This document shows, piece after piece, positions 1 to 14,740 of a DNA stretch of 64,000 nucleotides. Within the stretch, counting starts at the first letter, position 1, and each line of letters begins with the position of its first letter. Source of the DNA: the human T2T-CHM13v2.0 reference genome, Homo sapiens; assembly GCF_009914755.1 (NCBI RefSeq), contig NC_060930.1; one strand, written 5' to 3'. Under the pieces are notes generated by a model. It was not told the origin of the DNA. It ran no database searches and saw only the letters and a program-made list of their open reading frames with translations. Made by a program: the position numbers and the translations under genes.

Positions 1-33
1 ATTGGTATTTTGATGGAGATTGCATTGAATCTG
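1..33 (-). mobile_element. Old L1 (L1M) ORF2 fragment, antisense, runs off the window start
   Basis: Reverse complement encodes RFNAISIKIP, the L1 ORF2 '[11 protein letters not shown]' region. Confidence 0.75.
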
Positions 34-55
34 AAAATATTCTATATGTTTTCTA

Positions 56-188
56 CATCTGAAAAAGAAATAAAGAAAGCAATCCCTTTCACAATAGCTA
101 TGAAATAAATAAAATACCTAGGAAGAAATTTAACCAAGAAAGTAAAAGGAGCTCTACAATGAACAATATAAAACACCGATGAAAGATA
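56..188 (+). mobile_element. L1M ORF2 segment in sense orientation, locally inverted within an antisense L1
   Basis: gaaaaagaaataaagaaagcaatccctttcacaatagcta...aaaatacctaggaagaaatttaaccaag matches L1 ORF2 sense (IPFTIA..KYLG.NLTK), while the flanking L1 is antisense. Confidence 0.75.
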
Positions 189-190
189 TA

Positions 191-536
191 TAATGAAATT
201 CTCATCAATGAAAGACTGCACATACAAAGGTGGTCCCATAAGCTTATAATGGAGCCGTCCTATGCAGGTATATAATTTTTAATCTTTTATATCATATTTT
301 TCCTGTACCTTTTCTATGTTTAGATACACAAATACTATTGTGTTACAACTGTCTACAGTATTAAGTACAGTAACATGTTCTATGGTTGTGTAGCCTATTA
401 ACAAATATAGTCTACATATTTAGAAGACTATATCAACTAAGTTTATGTAAGTATTCTTCATGATGTTTTCACAATGAAGAAATCACCTAACAATGCACTT
501 CTTAACTTATCCCCATCATTAAGGGACATATAACTG
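191..536 (-). mobile_element. Tigger3a/MER7A-like TcMar DNA transposon; left TIR truncated
   Basis: Contains ggtggtcccataagcttataatggagc and ends tatccccatcattaagggacatataactg followed by TA, matching the recalled Tigger3/MER7 termini. Confidence 0.75.
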
Positions 537-538
537 TA

Positions 539-3500
539 TATGATCATGTTGTCTCCAAACAGGGACAATCTAACTTTCTCATTTCTAATTTGTATACCTT
601 TTATTTCTTTTTCTTGCCTGACCGCTCTGGCTAGAACTTCCAGTACTATGATGAATGAAAGTAATACAAGTGGACATTCTTGTCTTGTTCCTGATCTTAG
701 AGAGAAAGTTTTCAGCTTTTCCCTGTTGGCTATGATGTTAGCTGTGGGTCTATTTTATACAGAATTTATTACATTGAGGTGCATTCCTTCTATTACTAAC
801 TTGTTGAAAGCGTCTATCATAAAGGGATGTGGAATTTTATCAAATGTTTTTTTATTCATCTATTCGGATGATCATATAATTTATGTTCTTCATTCTCGTC
901 ATGTGCTGTATCACATTTATTGATTTGCGTATATTGAACCATACGTATCCCTGGGATGAATCCCATTTGATCATGATGAATAATCTTTTTGACGTGCTTT
1001 TGGATTTGGTTTGCTAGTATTTTGGTGGGGATTTTTTGCATCTATGTTCATCATGAATACTGGTCTGCGGTTCTGTTTTGTATCCTTGTCTCATTTTGAA
1101 ACCAGGGCAAAGCTGGTCTAATAGAATCAATTTAGAAGAATTCCCTTTGTTTCAGTTTTTTGTTGTTGTTGTTAAAACAATTTGAGAATAATTGATACCA
1201 GTTCTTCTTTAAAAGTTTGGTAGCATTCAGCAGTGAAGCCTTCTGGTCCTAGATTTTTCTTTGATGGGAGACTTTTTATTTCTTATTAATTTTCATTCAT
1301 TTTTGGTCTTATAAGATTATCTATTTATTCATGATTCAATCTTGGTCAGCTCTATGTGTCCAGGAACTTATGCATTTCTTCTAGCTTTTCCAATATGTGG
1401 GGGTATAATTGTTCACAATAGTCTCTAGTGATTCTTTGTATTTCTAAGGTGTCAGTTTTAATGATTTATTTTTTATCTCTGATTTTATTTATCGGAGTCT
1501 TCTCATTTTCTTAGGCTTGCTAAAGGTTAGTCAATTTTGTTTATCTTTTCAAAAAACCGGGTTTTCATTTAATTGATTTTTTTGTATAGATTTAAAAAAT
1601 CTCTATTTCACTTATCTCTGCTCTTATCTTTATTATTTCTTTCTGTTTATTTGGGTTTGGTACATTCTTGTTTTTCTAGTTCCTTGAGCTGCAACATTAG
1701 GTTGTTTATTTTATTTTATTTTTTTCTGATATAGGCATTACAACAAAAGTAGTTTCAAGAGGGAAGTTTATAACACCTAAGTGAATGCTATAATTTTGGG
1801 AGTACTATAGATTTGGGAAGGATGTGTTTCCATTTTCATTTATCTCAGTAAATATTTTAATTTCTTCTTTAATTTCTTCATTTACCTATTGGTTGGTCAG
1901 AAGCATGTTTTTAAATTTCCATGTATTGGTATAGTTTCCTAAGTTCTTATTGATTTCTAGTTTTATTGCATTGTGGTTAGAAAAGATACCTGATATAATT
2001 TTGTTTTTTTTTTTAATTGTTGAGACTTACTTTATGGTTTTCCATATGACCTAACCCGGAGACTATTTCATGTGCTGTTGAGTAGAGTGCGTATTCTGAA
2101 GCTGTTGAGTAGAATGTTCTGTATAGGTCTGTTAGGTTCACTTGGTCTAGGGTACAATTTAACTCCACTGTGTCTCTGCTGATTTCCTATTTGGATGATC
2201 TGTCCATTGCTGAAAGTGGGGTATTAAAGTCCCCTACTATTATTGCATTTGACTATTTCTCTCTCTTTAAGTCTAATAATATTTGTTATATATACTTAGG
2301 TGCTTTTATGTTGGGTACATATATATTTACAACTGTTAACATCCTTTTAGTAAATTGACCCCTTTATCTTTGTAGAATGACCTTGTCTCTTTTTACAGTT
2401 TTATATTTAGAGTATATTTTATCTAATATAAGCATAGCTAATCCAGCTCTTTTTCAGTTTCCATTTCCATGTGTATCTTCTTCTATGATTTCACTTTTAG
2501 TTTATGTGTGTCCTTACAGGTGAGGTGAGTTTCTTGTATATATTTGGATCTTGTTTTTTCAATCCATTCACTAACTACATCTTTTAATTGGGAAATTTAA
2601 TACATTTATATTTAAGGTAATTACTGCTAAGTAAGGCCTTACTACTGCTATTTTGTTATTTGTTTTCTTATGTGTTTGTGTATTGCACACGTTTATATGC
2701 AGTTCTTTGTTCCTTTCTGTCCTCCTTTGTGGTTAGGTGATTTTCTCCAGCGATGTGTTTGCTTTTTATTTTTAGTGTATCTGTTATAGGTTTTTGCTTT
2801 GTGGTTATCATAAGTCTTACCAAAACATCTTGGATTTATAACAAGTTATTTTACACTGATAACAACTTAACTTTGATCATAAAGATAGGAAATGAAACAA
2901 ACAAACAAAAAAAGTCTACACTATAATTCTATTCCCCCCACATTTGGAATTTTTAATGTTCAACTTTACATCTTTTCAAATTGCCTATATTTTCACCATT
3001 AATATAGTCATTTTTAACAATTTTGTCCCTTATCTTCATTCTAAAGATATGTCTAGTTTACACACAATGTCTATAGTATAGGAGTATTATGAATTTGTTC
3101 ATATACTTACTCTTACCAGTGAGTTTTATAGCTTCAAACGTTTTTTTTTTTTTTTTTTGTTACAAGTTAGAACCTCTTTCTTTCAGTATAAAGAACTCTT
3201 TTTAGAATTTCTTATAAGACAGATCTGGTGGTGATATACTCTCTCAGCTTTTGTCTGGGAAAGTATTTCTCTTGCTTCTGAAGGATAACTTTGCTGGCTC
3301 CAGCATTTTCTGTTGACAGTTTGTTTTGTTTTGTTTTTCCTTGAGCACTTTGACTATATCATCACACTCCCTCCTGGCCTGTAAGATTTCTGCTGATAAG
3401 TCAAGCTGCCAGGCAATTTGGAACTTCCGTATTAAATATTTGCTTCTTTTCTCTTGTGGCTTTCAGAATCCTATCTTTGTCTTCGACCTTTGAGAGATCA

Positions 3501-4695
3501 ATTATGATATGTCTTGGGGAACACTCATTTGAGTTTAATCTAAGCGGCTTTTGGCCTTCCTGTGTCTGGATTTTGTATATTTCTCTGGGTTTGAGAAGTT
3601 GTCTGTTACAATTTTTTGAATATTCTTTCTACCCCTTTGACATTCTCAAATCCCACTTAAACCCAGAAAACATGAAAAGTTGCTATTTTGATGCTACCCA
3701 ATAGTTCCTGTAGGCTTTCTTCATTCCTTTACATTATTTTTTCCCCTCCATGTATTTCAAATAGTCTGTCTTTGGGCTCACTATTTTTTTCTTCTAATTG
3801 ATGTAGTCTGCTGTTGATGCTCTCTATTATATTTTTTATTTAGTTCATTGTGTTTTTCACCTACAGGATTTCTGTTGGATTTTTAAAAAAATTATTTTAA
3901 ACTCTTTGTTCAGGTTTTTCTGACAAATTATTCAATTGTTTCTCTACATATTCTTAAGGTTCATTGAGTTTCCTTGAACAGCTATTTTAAATTATCCGTT
4001 TCTAAGAAATTACATCTTCATTACTTTAGGGTCAGTATCCGGTACCTTATTAGGTCTGTGGGGTGAGGTCATGGTTCCCCAAATGTTCTTAATGCTTATG
4101 AGTATATAATGATGTCTGCACATTCAAGGATTTGGTATTTATTTCACTCTTCAGAACACAGCTTTGTTTATGCCAGTCCTTCTAGAGATTCTAAACAGGC
4201 TAATTACTATGTTCTCAGAGCCTGTGATCACTACCACAGTTTCACCTCTAAATAGTGCCCAAAATCCAGGTTTGCCAAGAGTCTGCAGTTAGTATGTTGC
4301 CACTTTTTCAGCAGTAGGAGGTGTCCTAAGCCTAGGTTTATCCCATATCCTCGGTTGGTGTGTTGTTCCCTAGAGGAGGGCCAAAGATGGCAATATATTC
4401 TGCTGGGTCTGTGAGTTTCTACCTGTTGCTAGGAAAGGTCCAGATGCCCTGTCCATGATAACCCACTTGGGTCAGGAACCGTGGGGCTGTGACCCATGCT
4501 GGACCTCCCTGGTGAAGGGCCAGCACTGGGCTCCAAGGTAACATCTTGTGTCCACTGCTGTCTCCTTCACTCAAGCAAATGATGTCTCTTTTCATGCTTG
4601 CTTCACAGTCACAGAGACCAGCCCAGCAGTGTGGTACATCCAAGGACCACATGCAGTAGACCAACCTGCTGCTGAGGTAGGTCTCAGGACCACCA
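539..4695 (-). mobile_element. Old L1 (L1MA/L1M-type), antisense: ORF2 RT to endonuclease (~539-2600), ORF1 (~3150-4100), probable 5'UTR (~4150-4695)
   Basis: Minus ORF 856-1041 ([25 protein letters not shown]) is ORF2. 2170-2358 is the antisense of the endonuclease GDFNTPLS region. 3190-3500 matches antisense ORF1. Many stops and frameshifts. Confidence 0.85.
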
Positions 4696-4697
4696 CT

Positions 4698-5774
4698 CAT
4701 TGACAACACACCTAATCACCCAAGAACTCTGATGGAGATGTGCGGGGATATTAATGTTGTTGTCATGCCTACTAACACAATATACATTCTACAGTTCATG
4801 GATCAAGGAATAATTTCAATTTTCAAGTCCTATTAATTAAGAGATACATTTTATTAGGATATAGCTGTCACAGATAGTGATTTCTCTGATGAATCTGAGC
4901 AAAGTAAATTGAAAACCTTCTGGAAAGGATTAACCATTCTAGATGCCATCAAGAACATTTATGATTTGTGGGAAAGATCAAATATCAACATCAACAGGAG
5001 TTTCAAAGAGTTGATTCTAACCATCATGGATGGCCTTGAGGGTTTCATGACTTCAGTGGAGGATGTAACTGTAGATGTAATGGAAATAGCAAGAGAATTA
5101 TAATTAGAAGTGAAGCTTGAAGATGTGACTGAATTGTCACAATTTTATGATAAAACTTAAATGGATGAGGAATTGCTTTTTATAAATTAGCAAAGAAAGT
5201 CACTTCTTGAGTTGAAATCTATTCCTGATGAAGATTCTGTGAACATTGTTGAAATGACAACAAAGGATTCATAATATTACATAAATTTAGTTGATAAAGA
5301 CATAGTAGGTTGGAGGGAACTTCCTCCAATTTCAAAAGAAGTTTTACTGTGAGTAAAATGCTATCAAACAGCATCACATGCTACAGAGAAACATTTCATA
5401 AGAGGAAGAGGCAAGCGATGTGGCAAACATTATTGTGTTGTCTTTTACAAAATTACCACAACCACTCTAACCTTCAGCAACCACTACCGTTTTCAGTCAG
5501 CAGCCATCAAGATCAAGTCAAGACCCTAACCAGCAAAAAGACTGACTCACTGAAGGTTCAGGAAATCATTGGCATTTTTATCAATAATTTATTTTATAAT
5601 TAACATATGTACATTTTTTAGAAATAATACTTTATACTTAAATAAACTATAGTGTAGCGTAAACCTAACTTTTATATGCACTGGGAAACCAGATAATTTG
5701 TGTGACTTTAGTACAATATTCATTTTATTGTGGTGGTCTGTAACCAAGCCCATAACATCTCTGAGGTATGTCTA
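4698..5774 (+). mobile_element. Tigger1 DNA transposon, 3' part (degenerate transposase C-terminus and right TIR)
   Basis: Begins [13 protein letters not shown]...[17 protein letters not shown] (pogo-family DDE region). ORF 4909 reads [16 protein letters not shown]. Ends aacatctctgaggtatgtcta followed by TA. Confidence 0.9.
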
Positions 5775-6334
5775 TACTTGCAGACTAAAGAAAGAGATGA
5801 AAGCTATTGTATTACAGCTATAGATTTTTACAAAAAATAGCAAATTGATGAGAATAAACATTCAACACTCAGAGCAGTCCTCCAATAGTTTTACAGGCAG
5901 AAAATCTATCTCTAGTATCTGCAAGAGCATGAATTTTAAACTCTTTTTTACAGCAAGACAAGCATTATAGCTCATTCATAATGTGGCCTTGAGTTTAAAA
6001 TGTTCAGGCAGTTGTTTTTTATTTATAATATGAAGAGAATAAAACACGCAAGGTATGAAAATCTAGGCTTGCACAATCAAAATCTCCAAGTTTATACCTA
6101 TGATAAACTTGTCCTAAAATCTTTTTTTTTCCTACCTAGATGCTATGGTCAATCTCAGGTTATATTACAAGATATCAACATCCACAGTTTTGCAGCAGTG
6201 GATGCTGCAAACTCAAAGGAGTTGACTGAGCTTAAAACAGATTATGTAGGGCTTTCTAAGTAACTGCAAGGTCTTGGATTTCATGGGGTAAAATGGAGAC
6301 CTCCACAGGATTTACGTAGAGGTAGGAAAAACTC

Positions 6335-6650
6335 CAGTTTAACAGATCACTTTGACTGCTGTGTTGTGAATATATGTCAAGGTACAAGGAGGAAAGCAAA
6401 GAGATGGTTTAGGTCACTGCAATAATCTTGGCAAGAGATGACAGAGGCTCAGACAAGAGTGTCAGCCAGGGAAGAATAGTAGGATTCTGGATATGTACTC
6501 TAGGTAGAGCTAGCTGGATATACTGAGTGATGGATATGGAGCATGAGGGAAACAGGTATCAAAGATGTTTTGGTCTAAACAAATGAAAGAAACATAAGTA
6601 AAGGAAATTAGAGAATGGATAGATGATCAGTAATTCAGTTTTGGAGATAG
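6335..6650 (-). mobile_element. L2 fragment
   Basis: agatcactttgactgctgtgttgtgaat...gcaataatcttggcaagagatga resembles antisense L2. Confidence 0.6.
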
Positions 6651-7149
6651 ATATAGGAATGTTAATTTTTGTATATGAACATTTATTCTTAAAGACCTAA
6701 AATTCAATGCAAATACCACATGACTTTCTTCTTTATTTCTGCATCATTCTTTTATTGTACACATCTTCAAAAATTCAAAGAAACAATTATATTAACATAA
6801 CATGGTCTTCTCACAGTCTTTAAAATGCACAAACAAGTATTACAACTCTACCATGAAGTTTACTCATATCTGTGGATCTTTTTCCTTAAGTCTATAAGAC
6901 TTTAAATGTAAGCAAATACACTAGTTATGTCATTGTTTCAGGTAATAAGCAACATTCTTTGATTACAATAACTAAATCATTTTTTCTATGTTTATTTTTC
7001 CATTTATAAAACAATAATAATGAACTATATTCTAATGGTAATTATTTAATAGGACTTGAAAATTCAGGATCCTTTAAGAATAAACCCACAGATTTTAAAT
7101 ATAATTAGAGGGTTTCATATGATAGTTGAGTTGTTAACGCATTACATAT

Positions 7150-7249
7150 TGTATTAGTCTCTTCTCACATTGCTATGAAGAAATACCCAAGACTGGGTAA
7201 TTTATAAAGGAAACAGGGTCAACTGACTTATAGTTCCAGCTATGGCTGG
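7150..7249 (-). mobile_element. THE1 (THE1D-like) MaLR LTR, 3'-terminal ~100 bp only
   Basis: tgtattagtctcttctcacattgctatgaagaaatacccaagactgggtaatttataaagg is the antisense THE1 LTR end, and is homologous to 18756-18852. Confidence 0.85.
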
Positions 7250-8673
7250 ACCAGGAGTACTGCAAGTGGCTTCCACTGCAGGCACCAGGCAATTCAATGG
7301 CACCCAAAACCTCAGAGACACCAGGGATTGCAGAGCCCCAAAGAGGGTGTTACAGCATGTCACACTCCAGACATGGGGAGCCCCGAGGTCTCGGCCCCAG
7401 AGGGCTGAAGCTCTTCTCTCCTTGCTGCCACAGAATGATGAGTGGGGTGGCAGGAAATGTGTGTTTCGGCCCGTTTCTGTTACACTCTTTCAGTCCTGCT
7501 GCCTGACTCTGGCCCACGGCTCCTGGGCTGGCCTGGCCCTGACAACACTAATTCCTGTCACATGGGGTGGCTGCCAGGCACCAGCAGAGGGTGGGAAGAC
7601 TATAGTGTTATAGCAACTCTGGCTTGGGAAACCCCAAGATATGGGCCCCCAGAAGGGTCACCACTCTTCACTCCTGCAATCTGGGAGTGTGTCACTGCTT
7701 GCAGCTCAGCCACCCAGTAAGGAATGTGTTAACAGCTCCTTTTGCTCACAATGTTTGGTGGGTCCCAAATTTTTTGTGCCACATCCAGGAAGAATGAGGT
7801 TACATGGACAACTGGAGGGTGAGCATGGCAGAGAGGAACTTTATTGAGCGACACAGCTCTCAAGAGATCCGAAGTGTGTACCTCCCTTCCACAGGCAGTT
7901 GTACCTGATTCTGACTGAGTCTGGGTTTTTTATGAGCTCAAAATGGAGAAAATGCATGCTGATTGGTCCATGGACAGCCATGGGAAGGCCTGGAAAAAGT
8001 ACCATCCAACCAGCCAAAAGGCATCAATGAAGTTCTCACTCCTGGTTGCAGACTTCACCCAGAACTTGCAGCCCAGCTTCCAGGCTTCCAGTCATCCCTG
8101 ACTTGAAGATGGGGTTTCACCAAGGACCTGTCCCCTCCCACCTAGAAACCTGTCTGCCTCTTGCTGAGATCAACATGTAGTCTGCTGGGCCCCGGTTGTC
8201 CACGTGAAGGGGAACAGCCTTCAGCCCCCTGGCCTGTCGCTCATGCTAATCAGCACCCAAAGTCCAGAGGGCAGTGAGGGTATGACATGTCAGAACTGTC
8301 CCCAGCATGCACACTGGCTGGGCTGCCACAGTGCCTGGGCTTGGTCACAACGTTGTTCTGCATGGAGTGGGCACTGGGAGCAGAGAGAGGACAGGGAATG
8401 GCAACAGGCACTTCTTAGCCTGCGAAAGCAGGGAGCTTCCCGCCCCCCACCCCCACCTCTGAGAGCACCAGGATGTCTGGTCTGGGTCCAGAACCAGGCA
8501 GAAGCAGCTGCGCCCAGGAGCGCAGGCTTCCACCCCAACAATGGGGCTCCCTCTGGAATCACCTGTTCCTGGCTCCCTGTGGCTCTGCAGAGAGTACAAG
8601 CCCCAGCCATGTCTCTCCCACTACAGCTGGCGACCTTGCAGTGGCTCCTCCAGGCAGGCCGCTGCTGCCATCA
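7243..8673 (-). mobile_element. MER52-family (ERV1) LTR, GC-rich, 3' end missing
   Basis: Reverse complement begins TGATGGCAGCAGCGGCCTGCCTGGAGGAGCCACTGC (MER52 5' end). Antisense AATAAA near 7840 lies in the context ggacaactggagggtgagc...actttattgagcgac. Contains cagagccccaaagagggtgttacagc. Confidence 0.8.
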
Positions 8674-9190
8674 ACAGCAGTTTTCTCATCAGAAACAATG
8701 AAACAAGACTGATACCAGTAGTGAAAGAAATAAAATTGTCAGCCTATAATTCTATTAAAAGTGAAATAGCACTAAAAATATATGTGAAATAAAGTCATTT
8801 TAGACACAAAAGCAGAAAATATTAATCAACAACAGATCTTTACTATAAGAAACATAAGGTCATAAAGGATGACCATGGAAAAGAAAAATGATACCAGAGG
8901 GAAATACAGATATACATAAGGGGCTGAAGAACACAGAAATAATGATAACCTTATAGAAAAATATATAGGATTTTTATTGCTTAAATTACTTTAAATGATT
9001 GCTGTTTAAACAAAAGCACTAACAATTTAGAATATCAGTAAGGTATAAAAGACTTAAACAAAACTTTCAATTATGTTGACCTTATTGATATCTTTAGAAC
9101 ACTCTATTCAAAAACAGCATATACACATTCTCTCCAGTGTACCTAGAACATTTACACAAACTAGACCATCTTTTTATCATTAAATAAGTC

Positions 9191-9316
9191 TTTTTTTTTT
9201 AATTATACTTTAAGTTTTAGGGTACATGTGCACATTGTGCAGGTTAGTTACATATGTATACATGTGCCATGCTGGTGCACTGCACCCACTAACTCGTCAT
9301 CTAGCATTAGGTATAT
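9191..9316 (-). mobile_element. L1PA2-like 3' end, ~126 bp, heavily 5'-truncated
   Basis: Reverse complement ATATACCTAATGCTAGATGACGAGTTAGTGGGTGCAG...AACTAACCTGCACAATGTGCACATGTACCCTAAAACTTAAAGTATAAT plus poly(A). GAG rather than ACA/ACG, together with CTAGATG and CACAATG, fits L1PA2. Confidence 0.85.
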
Positions 9317-10270
9317 TTGAAATCATTCAAGTCATGCATCGTTATGTTCTATTACCATAATGGAATAAAATTGGGTATCAGTAATTAAAAAAATCTTGAT
9401 TATTCCCAAATACTTGAAAAGTATATAATACATTTCTAAATAACATATGAGTAAAAACATAATCAAAAGAGAAATAAAAATGTATTCTAAACTGAAGGAA
9501 AATCAAAACTCAAAAAATCAGAATTTGTGGCATATCACCAAAACAATCCATAAGGATAAGGGATGGCAATACATGCCTATAATAAAACAGAAAGTTCTCA
9601 AATCAATGACCTCAGGTTACAAATTAAGAAGTTGAAAAAAAAGAACAAATTAAATATTATCACTTTAAAAATTCGTAGTTACAATAAATGAAATAAATAA
9701 TAAGTTACAATAAATGAATAGATAATAATAGAGTAAAATTAACAAAACAGTAGTTCTTAGAGAAGATCAATAAAATTTATAAGCCTTCTGTGAGACTTGT
9801 AATGAAAGAAAAGGAAAGATAAAAACTACCAGTAACAGAAGTGAAAGAAATGACATCCTTATAGATTCTAGAGACATTTAAAGGAAAATAAGAGAATATC
9901 ATAAACAATGCTGTGTCTGTAAATTGAAAACAGAAAACGTGGACAAATTCATTGAAAAACAAACAACCATTCTCAACAGGAAGAAAATGATCATTTGTAC
10001 AGTCCTATATCATTAAAAAAATGAGCTTTTAGTTAAACATTTTCTCAAAAAATAAGTCAAGATGGCTTCAATAGTGAATTCTATCAAACACTTAAAATAG
10101 AAGTAATGCTAATTCTACACCTATTCTTCCAAAAAGTTGAAGTAGGGCAAGAAACACCCATCTCATTCAAACAGGCTGGCATTACTCTGGTATCACAAAC
10201 AGAAAAAGAAAATTCACACAAATATCCCTTATGAACATAAATTCAACATTTCTAAACAAAATTTTAGTTA

Positions 10271-14010
<3,740 letters not shown>

Positions 14011-14629
14011 GAAGCCAACAGTTGTATAAAAAGGTTGAACAAGGGACGGTCGTCCTAGAAATGCAAAGTTGTTTACAATTTGAAAAATAGGCAATGTAAC
14101 TCACCATATTAACAATCTAAACAAGAGAAACCATATGAACATTCTGATCATCTCAAGATGCTGATGAAACATTTGAAAATATCCAATATCCATTCCTAAT
14201 TTTTAAAAAAAGTACTTTCCAATCTAGAAAAAATGAAAATTCCTTATTTTTTTCAAGAGCATCTTCAAAAATTCTATAGCTAATATCATACTTAGTGGGA
14301 CAAGAGATTATATAAAGATTTTTGGTTTTAACACTTCTAATCAACATTGCCAGGGAAATCAGGCAAGAAAAAGAAAAAAGCCATTCAGGTTAGAAAATAA
14401 GTCTTTATTCACAGATGACTCTCAACTGTGTAGAAAATCCAATGGAATCTATATAAAAGCTACCAATAGATAAGTTTGGCAAGGGTAAAGGATAAAAGAT
14501 CAATATATAAAAGATCATATAGTGGCAATGAACAATTGAAAAATACAATTAAAATACCAGTTACAATAGCATCTAAAAATGTTAAGAATAGTCTTTTTAA
14601 AAGGTTTTAGAAATATTTCATATGTATAT

Positions 14630-14740
14630 GCAAAAGAGGGAGAAGAAGAAGGAGAAGGAATTAAAGGAAGATAACAAGGAAGAAAGAAAGGAAGGGAGAG
14701 AGAAAAAGAGGGAGAGAAGGAAAGGAAAAATAAAAATAAT
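14630..14740 (+). repeat. GA-rich low-complexity tract
   Basis: gagggagaagaagaaggagaagg...gaaagaaaggaagggagagagaaaaagagggagagaaggaaagg. Confidence 0.8.

Noticed and set aside
7242-8792. Cluster of overlapping ORFs up to 165 aa
   Set aside because: All lie in the GC-rich MER52 LTR, where stop codons are rare. No recognisable domain.
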